Shown: piece after piece, positions 29,674 through 38,097 of the stretch | Layout: the number at the start of each line of letters is the position of its first letter | Position numbering within the stretch: the stretch's first letter is position 1 | Source of the DNA: Planctomycetota bacterium | Lineage (GTDB): Bacteria > Planctomycetota > UBA8108 > SXIK01 | Assembly (NCBI GenBank): GCA_965223845.1 | Contig: CBDCXR010000004.1 | Span: forward strand, 5,856,001 to 5,920,000 | Length of the DNA stretch: 64,000 nucleotides | Reading direction: 5' to 3' | Notes under the pieces: model-generated | Database searches by the model: none | Seen by the model: only the letters and a program-made list of their open reading frames with translations | What the model was told of the DNA's origin: nothing | Position numbers and translations under genes: made by a program

Positions 29674-32600
29674 ATGAAGCGAAATCCCTGTGACAACTCC
29701 GTTCGAGTCCGGTGGGCGGCCTGCCTGCTGGTCGGAACCATCGGTTTGCCTCTCAGCGCCGCGGCGGATCCGGCGAAGGAAGCGGCGGACGAAGCGCCTA
29801 AGGCGACCGAGTCGATCCCCGACGGGCGGAGAGTGACTGCGATCGAGGTGTTTCCCTCTGCGGTCGAAATCGCCGATCGCTATCGCTACCGTCAGATCCT
29901 CGTCACGGGCGTGCTCGACAGTGGAGAGCGCGTCGATCTGACGCGTCTCGCCGAGCTGACCGATGCGAACGGTCTCGTCTCCGTCTCGGCGCAGGGCATC
30001 GTGCGACCGAGAAAGGGCGGCGAAGGCGCGATCGCGATTTCGTTCGGCGACCACCGTGCATCCGTTCCGGTGAAGGTCGGTGCGATCGACCGGCCGAGCG
30101 AGGTGAACTACATTCAGGACGTCGCCCCGACGATGTCGCGTATCGGTTGCAACCAGGGAACTTGTCACGGCGCGGCGAAAGGGAAGAACGGCTTTAAGCT
30201 GTCCCTTCGCGGCTACGATCCCGTCTTCGATCACCGCGCGCTCACCGATGACCTGCAGGGCCGGCGATTCAACAAGGCCGCGCCCGACCGCAGCCTCTTT
30301 CTCCTCAAGGTTTCCGGCGCGGTGCCGCATGTGGGCGGCGTCCATACGCAGCCCGGCGAAGCCTACTACGAGATCCTGCGCCAGTGGGTCGCCGACGGCG
30401 CTCCGCTCGATCTCGACGTAGCGCGCGTCGAGAAGATCGACGTTTTCCCGAAGAGTCCGATCATACCGCTTCCGAACATGCGTCAGCAGGTGGCGGTTCT
30501 CGCGACGTACACCGACGGCAAGGTGAGAGACGTCACCGCCGAGTCGTTCGTCGAAGCGAGCAACACCGAGATCATCACCGTCGACGACTACGGCACGGTC
30601 ACCGGTCTCCGGCGTGGAGAGTCGGCCGTCCTCGTTCGCTACGAGGGACGCTACGCGTCACTGCCGATCGTCGTGATGGGTGATCGAACGGGATACGAGT
30701 GGAAGGACGTTCCCGCGTACAGCTACGTCGACGAACTCGTGTACGAGAAGCTGCGCGCAATCAAAGCCCTTCCGAGCGAGGTCTGTACCGACGCGGAGTT
30801 TCTTCGCCGCGTGTCGATCGACCTCACGGGTCTGCCACCGTCGACGAAGGCGATTCGCACTTTCCTGCTCGACTCGCGCGATTCCCGGGTGAAGCGCGCG
30901 GAGGTCGTCGACCGACTCATCGGAAGTCCCGAATTCATCGAGTTCTGGACGAACAAATGGGCCGACCTCCTCCAAGTGAACCGAAAGTTCCTCGGCCCGA
31001 ACGGGGCGAGCGCGCTTCGCGATTGGATCCGCAGGGCGGTCGCGAGCAACACGTCGTACCAGGATTTCGTCTACACGATCCTCACCGGATCCGGATCGAC
31101 GCTGAAGAACCCGCCGGCAGCGTACTTCAAGATTCTCCGGAACGCGGAAGACGCGATGGAGAACACCACGCAGCTCTTCCTCGGGGTTCGGTTCAATTGC
31201 AACAAGTGCCACGACCACCCGTTCGAACGCTGGACGCAGCACAACTACTGGGAGCTCGCGTCGTTTTTCGCGCAGATTGGCCGAAAGGACGCTCCCGGCT
31301 CGAGAAAGATGCCGCGGCGCTCCGCGACCCAGACTCAAATCCCCGCGTTCGAAGAGATCATCTTCGACAAGGAGGAGGGCGAAGTCTCGGCGCCCGATGG
31401 AAGCAAGATCACGGCGGCGTTTCCGTATTCGCACCAGGCGTCGATCCCGGAGAAGTCGAGCCGGCGTGAGCAGCTCGCGAAGTGGCTGACGGCGGACGCG
31501 AACCCGTACTTCGCGCGCAGCTTCGTCAACCGAGTCTGGAGCTACTTCTTCGGCGTCGGATTCATCGATCCGGTCGACGATATCCGTGCCGGGAACCCCG
31601 CCACCAATCCAGAGCTTCTCGATCGGCTGACGGCCGAGTTCGTCGAGAGCGGGTTCGACGTCCGGCGGCTCATGCGGCGCATTCTCCACTCGCGCACCTA
31701 CCAGCACTCGATACGGACCAATCGCTGGAACGCGGACGACGACATTAATTTCTCCCACGCGCTCGCGCGTCGCCTTCCGGCTGAAGTGCTCTTTGACGCG
31801 ATCCACATCGCGACCGGCTCGCGACCGGAACTCCCAGGAACGCGTCCAGGCACGCTCGCGACCGAGCTCGTCGATGCGAGCGTGAAGCTCCCCGACGGCT
31901 TTCTCGATCTCTTCGGGCGTCCGCCGCGAGAGAGCGCGTGTGAGTGCGAGCGGACCGGCGGACTCTCGCTCGGTCACTCGCTCAATCTCGTCAACGGGCC
32001 GACGGTCGCGAACGCCATCAACGATCCGGAGAACTCGATTGCCGAGTACCTCGCGATCGAGAAGCGAGCGCCGAGGATCATCGAAGAGTTGTTCCTCTCC
32101 TTCCTCAGCCGCTATCCGACGAAGGAGGAAACCGACGCTCTTTCCCGGGAGCTCGATCCGAACGACGTCCGGAACCTCGCCGCGCTCAGCCCGGAGGTTC
32201 TCGCCGCCGTTACGGCGCAGCAGGAGGCGTTCGAGAAGGCTCAAGTCATCCCCGAGTGGACGACTCTGAAGCCGGAGCTCGTCCGATCATCGGCGGGAAG
32301 CACGCTCAAGGTTCTCGACGACGGCACGGTGATCGCCGAAGGGGACGTGCCGGATACAGATACGTACACCGTCGTCGCGACGACGAATCTGAAGGATCTC
32401 ACGGGCGTTCGCCTCGAGGTTTTGCCCGACGAAACGCTCGGCGGAGGTAAGGGGCCGGGTCGCGCCGACAACGGGAACTTCGTCCTCACCGAATTCCGTG
32501 TCGCCGCGGTCCCGCTCGCCGGAACGACGAACGCAGCGCAGGCGGTTCTCCAAAACGTCTCGCAGACGTTCACGCAGAAGGACTTCGCTGCTGCCCAGGC

Positions 32601-32997
32601 CTCCGACGGCAAAATCGACAAGAAGGGCTGGGCGATCGGGAACGAGTTCGGAAAGCGCCACCGAGCGGTCTTCGAGTTCAAGGAGAACGTCGGGGCGGAC
32701 GGGGGCTCTCTCCTCACGTTCACGCTCGACCACCAATTCGGCAGCAAGCACTCGATCGGGAAGTTTCGCTTGTCCGTGACGACGACACCGCGGCCCGTGC
32801 GCGTTCTCGGCATCCCGGAAGACATCGCGAGCGCGATCCGAACGCCCAAGGACAAGCGTTCTGACGAAGAAAAAGCGAAGGTCTATCGCTTCTTCGTTTC
32901 GAAGAATCGCGATGTCGCGGACAAGGTGCGGCTCCATTCCGCGCAGGACATCGCTTGGGCGCTCGTGAACTCACCGGCGTTTCTCTTCAATCGATGA
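29674..32997 (+). CDS. DUF1549/DUF1553 (PSCyt2/PSD1) protein with Ig-like domains
   Basis: GCNQGTCHG, DAEFLRRVSIDLTGLPP, NKWADLL, QLFLGVRFNCNKCHDHPFERW, NPYFARSFVNRVW, FGRPPRESACECER, WALVNSPAFLFNR. Confidence 0.93.
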   Translation: MKRNPCDNSVRVRWAACLLVGTIGLPLSAAADPAKEAADEAPKATESIPDGRRVTAIEVFPSAVEIADRYRYRQILVTGVLDSGERVDLTRLAELTDANGLVSVSAQGIVRPRKGGEGAIAISFGDHRASVPVKVGAIDRPSEVNYIQDVAPTMSRIGCNQGTCHGAAKGKNGFKLSLRGYDPVFDHRALTDDLQGRRFNKAAPDRSLFLLKVSGAVPHVGGVHTQPGEAYYEILRQWVADGAPLDLDVARVEKIDVFPKSPIIPLPNMRQQVAVLATYTDGKVRDVTAESFVEASNTEIITVDDYGTVTGLRRGESAVLVRYEGRYASLPIVVMGDRTGYEWKDVPAYSYVDELVYEKLRAIKALPSEVCTDAEFLRRVSIDLTGLPPSTKAIRTFLLDSRDSRVKRAEVVDRLIGSPEFIEFWTNKWADLLQVNRKFLGPNGASALRDWIRRAVASNTSYQDFVYTILTGSGSTLKNPPAAYFKILRNAEDAMENTTQLFLGVRFNCNKCHDHPFERWTQHNYWELASFFAQIGRKDAPGSRKMPRRSATQTQIPAFEEIIFDKEEGEVSAPDGSKITAAFPYSHQASIPEKSSRREQLAKWLTADANPYFARSFVNRVWSYFFGVGFIDPVDDIRAGNPATNPELLDRLTAEFVESGFDVRRLMRRILHSRTYQHSIRTNRWNADDDINFSHALARRLPAEVLFDAIHIATGSRPELPGTRPGTLATELVDASVKLPDGFLDLFGRPPRESACECERTGGLSLGHSLNLVNGPTVANAINDPENSIAEYLAIEKRAPRIIEELFLSFLSRYPTKEETDALSRELDPNDVRNLAALSPEVLAAVTAQQEAFEKAQVIPEWTTLKPELVRSSAGSTLKVLDDGTVIAEGDVPDTDTYTVVATTNLKDLTGVRLEVLPDETLGGGKGPGRADNGNFVLTEFRVAAVPLAGTTNAAQAVLQNVSQTFTQKDFAAAQASDGKIDKKGWAIGNEFGKRHRAVFEFKENVGADGGSLLTFTLDHQFGSKHSIGKFRLSVTTTPRPVRVLGIPEDIASAIRTPKDKRSDEEKAKVYRFFVSKNRDVADKVRLHSAQDIAWALVNSPAFLFNR

Positions 32998-33107
32998 TCC
33001 GCCGTGCTGCTCGAGCGCGAGAGGCGAGCGCTCACGGAGACTGAGACGAGGTCGCCCGATCCCTAGGACGAGCGAGAGGTGAGTCGCGACCCCGTCGTCG
33101 CCGAAAC

Positions 33108-34487
33108 TCACTCTCCGTCCTTCCCTCCGTCCTCTTCGTTCGCGTTCTTCGCGTCCTTTGTGTGAGCCTCTTTTCCCGTTTTGTGCACCTCGCGGCGCCG
33201 AGGCCGCGCTGCTTCCCACTCCGCCCGCGACACCTCGCGCGCCTCGTGGACGAAGAGGAACGTCCCGAGCTTGTTCGAGGTGACGATATCCGGCAGCGCA
33301 TCGGACGTTACGCGGCCCGCCACCACCTGCGTGCCGACGCCCGAGGCCGCGTCGATCAGCCACGGCACGAACTCGACGCCTCCTCCCGGCAATCGCGTCG
33401 TTCGGAACCAATAGATCACCGCCGGTGCATTCGGGTCTTTGTTCCGCTTGCTGAAGCCCGCGCCGTGACGCTTACCGGTGACGAAGTCATCGACGCCGTC
33501 GCCGTCGATGTCGACGAGCGCGAGCGCGTGGATCTGTGAGAACACCGCTCCGTAAGGATTCGCCTCGGGCGAGCCGCCCTTCGCCGGATCGATGATCACG
33601 TGCGGGACGAACTCGATTTCGTCGCCCGAGCGCGTCTGCTCGAAGAAATAGAGCCCGTAGCCGTGCGCACTTCGCGAGGAGACGACATCGCGATCGCCGT
33701 CGCCATCGAAGTCGCTGACGAGCATTTGCGCGCCGCCGTGACCGTCGGCGGGGGCAAAGTCGACCGCGTGCTTCGTCCACTCGCGATTCGCATCGCGCGG
33801 CTGCCGCCACCACCCCGAGCGGTCGAGGACGTCGACTCGCCCGTCGCCATCGAGATCACCGACGCCGAGGCCGTGCGTGAACGCGCCTCGCTTAGCGTCC
33901 TTGTCCGAGAGCGGCCAAAACGTCCACGGCGCAGTCGGATCGCCGGTCGGGGGTCGCGCCCAGCCCCAGCGGCCTTCGCGGAGAAACACGAGCTCCGGCT
34001 GTCCGTCTCCGGTGATATCGCTGAACTCCGGCGATTCGCCGTCCACCGCGTCGACGATGACGTGACGCGGCCAGTGTCCGTCTTGCCCCTTCGGGTTTTC
34101 AAGCAGCGAGGCGCTCTTCCCGGGGAATCCGATGACGACGAGATCGAGCCAGTGGTCGCGATTGAAATCCCAGGGAAACGCGAAGAAGTTGTCGGAGTAC
34201 TTCCGCTTCTCGAAGACGCGCGGCGGGTAGATCTCTTTTCGTCGATCGTACTCCGGACCTAGGTAGAGATACGGACCCGCGACGATGTCGCGAAAGCCGT
34301 CGCGATCGAAGTCGCCGAAGTGAGCGCCTTCAGCGACGAACTCGTGCGCGAGCTGCCGCTTGTGAAAGACGTGAAGCGTGTACGGCTCGGTCGAGTCGGC
34401 CTTCTCTGAGATGTCTTCCCCGATCGCGATCGAAGAAGCCGCGAGGCCGGTGAAGGCGAGAACGCAAAGAACGCGATCGGTACGCAT
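33108..34487 (-). CDS. FG-GAP/VCBS repeat beta-propeller protein, secreted
   Basis: Signal peptide from ATG 34487; repeated GDFDRDG, DFNRDHWLD, DITGDGQPE, GDLDGDGRVD, DFDGDGDRD, DIDGDGVDD. Confidence 0.88.
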   Translation of the reverse strand: MRTDRVLCVLAFTGLAASSIAIGEDISEKADSTEPYTLHVFHKRQLAHEFVAEGAHFGDFDRDGFRDIVAGPYLYLGPEYDRRKEIYPPRVFEKRKYSDNFFAFPWDFNRDHWLDLVVIGFPGKSASLLENPKGQDGHWPRHVIVDAVDGESPEFSDITGDGQPELVFLREGRWGWARPPTGDPTAPWTFWPLSDKDAKRGAFTHGLGVGDLDGDGRVDVLDRSGWWRQPRDANREWTKHAVDFAPADGHGGAQMLVSDFDGDGDRDVVSSRSAHGYGLYFFEQTRSGDEIEFVPHVIIDPAKGGSPEANPYGAVFSQIHALALVDIDGDGVDDFVTGKRHGAGFSKRNKDPNAPAVIYWFRTTRLPGGGVEFVPWLIDAASGVGTQVVAGRVTSDALPDIVTSNKLGTFLFVHEAREVSRAEWEAARPRRREVHKTGKEAHTKDAKNANEEDGGKDGE

Positions 34488-34692
34488 GAACGCCAAGAGA
34501 TCTCGGGGCGGAAGCATCGGAAGACACCCGAATGTAACCTGGATCTCTCCGTCGATGCCACTCGGCGGAGCGCGAGCGCTCGCAAGTTCGAGCGGCGGCC
34601 GGAATCCAGTAGTCGCTTCGGGGGAGCGCCCGTAGCATCGGATCCGGTGAGGGCCGACGGTCGGCTGCGGCGGGTTGAGAGAGGTGCGAGCG

Positions 34693-35310
34693 ATGGCTGA
34701 GGCGCTTCGCTCCTTGGTCGAAAGGGCGAAAGCGGGAGACCGCGCTGCGACCGATGAGCTCGCGCGCTGCGTGGATCGCTTTGTCCGGCTCTTCAGCGGA
34801 TCGCTGAGTCGGCACCTCCGTCGGACTCACGGCTCGACGATCGACTTCGTCAACGAAGGGCTGGCCGAAGCCATCGCGCGCATCGGCGAGTTCGAGTACC
34901 GGAGCGACGAAGAGTTCTACGGTTGGGTGGCACGACTCATCCGCAGTCGCATCCTCGACGCGATTCGGAGTGAAGACCGCCACAAACGCGCGGGCCGACC
35001 GTTCGCGCTCGGTCCGGACGACGGAGTCGCGGCTTCGGGACCGACCCCCTCGCGGGTGATCTCCGGCCGCGAAGTCCGCGAGATCGTGAAGGATGCGGTG
35101 ATCTCGCTCCAAGTCCACCATCCCGAGCCTATGGAAGCGGTCGTGCTCAAGGTGTTCGAGGGCAGGAGCTGGCCCGACGTCCAGCGCGAGCTCGGCGCGA
35201 CATCGGTGAAGCGCGCTCGCACTTTGTGCGCGCGCGGGCTCGATCTCCTCCGCCCGCGTGTCGAGAAGGCGGTGGGCGAGTGCGCGTTTGAGGAGTACCT
35301 CGGACTGTGA
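34693..35310 (+). CDS. ECF sigma factor coupled to a Ser/Thr kinase
   Basis: LVERAKAGDRAA.DEL, FEYRSDEEFYGWVARLIRSRILD, HKRAG.R, PTPSRV; GTGA overlap with the kinase gene. Confidence 0.82.
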   Translation: MAEALRSLVERAKAGDRAATDELARCVDRFVRLFSGSLSRHLRRTHGSTIDFVNEGLAEAIARIGEFEYRSDEEFYGWVARLIRSRILDAIRSEDRHKRAGRPFALGPDDGVAASGPTPSRVISGREVREIVKDAVISLQVHHPEPMEAVVLKVFEGRSWPDVQRELGATSVKRARTLCARGLDLLRPRVEKAVGECAFEEYLGL

Positions 35311-37853
35311 ACCCGCACGACCCGAACGGCACCGGCGGAGCGGACGACGACGCTCTTTTTCTCGAGTTCGTCGACCGACACCGCGAAGAACACGGCGATG
35401 AGATTCCGGCGGAATGGTCGCGCGCGCTCAGGAAGCGCTGCCTCTTCTTTCTGCGAATGGTGGCGATCGATGGTGATTCTCCGTGCGCCGAAGTCGACGC
35501 GGACGTACTCGCGGGCTGGGCCGCGCGGGCGCCGAGCGACGCTCCGCTCGATGGCGCCCGCCCCGTCGATCTCGCTCGCCCGCTCGAGCGCTACGTTGTC
35601 GAGGGCGAACTCGCCCGCGGCGGAATGGGACGCATCGTTCTCGCTTACGATCGAAACTTTCGCCGACGCATCGCGATGAAAGTGATGCGCGGGGTGGAAT
35701 CGCACCGTCCCTCTTCGCGGTTCATCCGCGAAGCCCAGACGACCGCGCAGCTCGAGCATCCGAACATCGGTCCCGTCTACGACATCGGCCTCGATGGCGA
35801 AGGGACGCCCTTCTTCACGATGAAGTGGATCCGCGGCCGCGACTTGGCGGGGATTCTGGCCGTCCGTGACCAGGAGGGCTGGACGCTTACGCGGCTCGTT
35901 CAGATCTTGCAGCAGGCCGCGATGGGTATCCATTTCGCCAACTCGAAGGGAGTCGTCCACCGCGACGTGAAGCCCCAGAACGTGATGGTCGGTGATTTCG
36001 GCGAGGTGCTCGTCGTCGATTGGGGGCTCGCGAAGATCACGGGCGATGCCGACGGCGAGGCCGTCGAAGAAGACGGTCCTGCGAACGCACCGCTCGACGA
36101 TTCGAGTGTGCGAACGCACGGTGCTCCGGTGACACTCGACGGTGCGATCCAGGGTAGCCTTCCGTACATGGCGCCGGAACAAGCTCGCGGCGAAACGGGT
36201 GCCATCGACGCTCGCACGGACGTCTTCGGTCTCGGTGCGATCCTCTACCAGATCCTCACGCATGGTCCGCTCTACGACTCCGAGGTCGCCGACCATGCGC
36301 TCGCCGCCGCGCGCGAGGGCCGCATCGTGCCTCCGAGCGACCGCGCACCGAATCGATCCGTTCCGCCGCGCCTCGAAGAAATCTGTCTTCGCGCGCTTTC
36401 GGTCGAGAAGGAGGATCGCTTTTGCGACGCGCGCGAGTTTCACGATGCGCTCCAGGAGTACATCGAAGGAATCCACAGCGCGGAGCGCCAAGCCGCCGAG
36501 GCGGGGCGCCTCTTTTGGATCGCCGAAAAACACCGCGAACGCCTCGAAGATTCCGGGCGGCGCGCCGATGTGCTCGACGCCGAGACCCGTGCGCTCGAGG
36601 AGCGCCTCGCGGATCACGACCCCGAGTACAAGAAGCGAGGATTCTGGGAGCTGACCGAGCAGCGCGACGCCGCCCGTGAGGCCGCGCGCGCAGAGTTCGC
36701 CCGCACGACGGCGGCGTATTCGGCCGTTCTCAGCATCGACCCCCTGCATCGCGCCGCGCGAGCCGCACTCGCGGATCTCTTCTACCGGCGACTTCTCGAC
36801 GCGGAAGACCGCGGCGATCGCGACGTCGCCGCGGCGTACCGTCAGCTCGTCGATCAGTACGACGACGGCAAGCTTCGCCTTCAGCTCTCGGGCGAGACGT
36901 CGATTCACTTCGAGAGCGATCCTCCCGGGGCAACGGTGATCCTCTCGCGCTTCGAAGGGCGTGGACTTCTCCTCGGCGAAGGAACTTGGGAGACCGTTGG
37001 AACGACCCCGGTCGATCTGCGCCTCCGGCAGGGATCGTACGTCGCGATTCTGTGGAAGAAGGGGTACACCGAAGTACGTTACCCGTTCTTCGTCGAGCGC
37101 GACGCGCCCGTGCGCTGTTCGGTGCGCATGCTCGAAGACGGCGCGCTTCCCGCGGGATTCGTGCAGATCCCGGGCGGAGTCTCGATCATCGGGAGCGACC
37201 GCGATGATGTTCCCTGTCTGCCTCGCGCGCGACAGACGATCGGGGAGTTCTTCATCGGAAGATTCCCGGTGACGTTCAGCGAGTACTGCGAGTTCCTCAC
37301 CGCGAGGTTCCCGCAGGGCGATCTTCCGCCCGAGCTCGAGCCCGCGTTCGGAAAGGAGAAGTACGTCCGGCGGCTCGCGGACGGTTCGTGGGCTCCGGTC
37401 GAGAAGCTCGGACCGGACATCGCAGTCGTCGCGATCACGCATTCCGCGGCACTCGCCTACTGCGAGTGGCTGGGAGAGCGAATCGGAAAACCGGTTCGCC
37501 TGCTCACCGAGATGGAATGGGAGCGCGCGGCGCGCGGTGCCGACGGCCGTGTGTACCCGTGGGGCAACCGCTTCGATTGGGCGCTCTGCAAGGGCGCACG
37601 TTCGCGCGCGGGCGAGCCCTTTCCCGACCCGGTCGGAACGTTTCCGCGGGACGTGTCTCCCTTCGGAATTCGCGATCTCGCGGGTACGGTGCGCGAGCTG
37701 TGCGACGGCTGGGCGAGCGAGGGCTACCGGCCGTTTCGCGGCGGCTCCTGGTACAACCCGTTTCCGTTCGTCTTCCGCGCGGACCTCCGCACGATGCAGC
37801 GCGACGGCAATCGCTCGACGGACGCCGGGCTCCGCGTCGGCTGGAGTGAATGA
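35307..37853 (+). CDS. Hanks-type Ser/Thr protein kinase with PEGA-like and C-terminal FGE-sulfatase (SUMF1-like) domains
   Basis: LARGGMGRI, AMK, RFIREAQTTAQLEHPNI, HRDVKPQN, DWGLAK, GSLPYMAPEQ, DVFGLG; FESDPPGA; FPVTFSEY, RLLTEMEWERAARG, YPWG, SPFGIRDLAG, RGGSW. Confidence 0.93.
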   Translation: MNPHDPNGTGGADDDALFLEFVDRHREEHGDEIPAEWSRALRKRCLFFLRMVAIDGDSPCAEVDADVLAGWAARAPSDAPLDGARPVDLARPLERYVVEGELARGGMGRIVLAYDRNFRRRIAMKVMRGVESHRPSSRFIREAQTTAQLEHPNIGPVYDIGLDGEGTPFFTMKWIRGRDLAGILAVRDQEGWTLTRLVQILQQAAMGIHFANSKGVVHRDVKPQNVMVGDFGEVLVVDWGLAKITGDADGEAVEEDGPANAPLDDSSVRTHGAPVTLDGAIQGSLPYMAPEQARGETGAIDARTDVFGLGAILYQILTHGPLYDSEVADHALAAAREGRIVPPSDRAPNRSVPPRLEEICLRALSVEKEDRFCDAREFHDALQEYIEGIHSAERQAAEAGRLFWIAEKHRERLEDSGRRADVLDAETRALEERLADHDPEYKKRGFWELTEQRDAAREAARAEFARTTAAYSAVLSIDPLHRAARAALADLFYRRLLDAEDRGDRDVAAAYRQLVDQYDDGKLRLQLSGETSIHFESDPPGATVILSRFEGRGLLLGEGTWETVGTTPVDLRLRQGSYVAILWKKGYTEVRYPFFVERDAPVRCSVRMLEDGALPAGFVQIPGGVSIIGSDRDDVPCLPRARQTIGEFFIGRFPVTFSEYCEFLTARFPQGDLPPELEPAFGKEKYVRRLADGSWAPVEKLGPDIAVVAITHSAALAYCEWLGERIGKPVRLLTEMEWERAARGADGRVYPWGNRFDWALCKGARSRAGEPFPDPVGTFPRDVSPFGIRDLAGTVRELCDGWASEGYRPFRGGSWYNPFPFVFRADLRTMQRDGNRSTDAGLRVGWSE

Positions 37854-38097
37854 GCGCGGAAGCTGGCGGGCACGGTGCCCGTGGCTCGTTCGGGGGAAAG
37901 TCGATCGAGGCAAAGTTTGCGGAATTCCCGGTCCCGGGTGACCATGGACGTCGGTCGAACGGGAATCGGTGAGCCTCAGGCGAAACTTCGGGCAGGTTCG
38001 CGGCCGTTTGTCGTTACTTCTCTTCGGAGACGTCGGCACGGAGCCGGGAATGGAAGCTAGTCGGCGCGTGAGTGAGACTCACGCCCGGGTTGGAGCG

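Noticed and set aside
37130-37853. Diversity-generating retroelement target in the FGE/C-type-lectin-fold domain
   Set aside because: No reverse transcriptase and no template repeat seen in the window.
34917-38039. 1040-aa minus-strand ORF (and similar long ORFs at 38014-40380, 61099-63864, 26568-28316, 50905-52677, 30658-32244)
   Set aside because: Antisense shadows of well-supported genes; typical of high-GC codon bias, no motifs.
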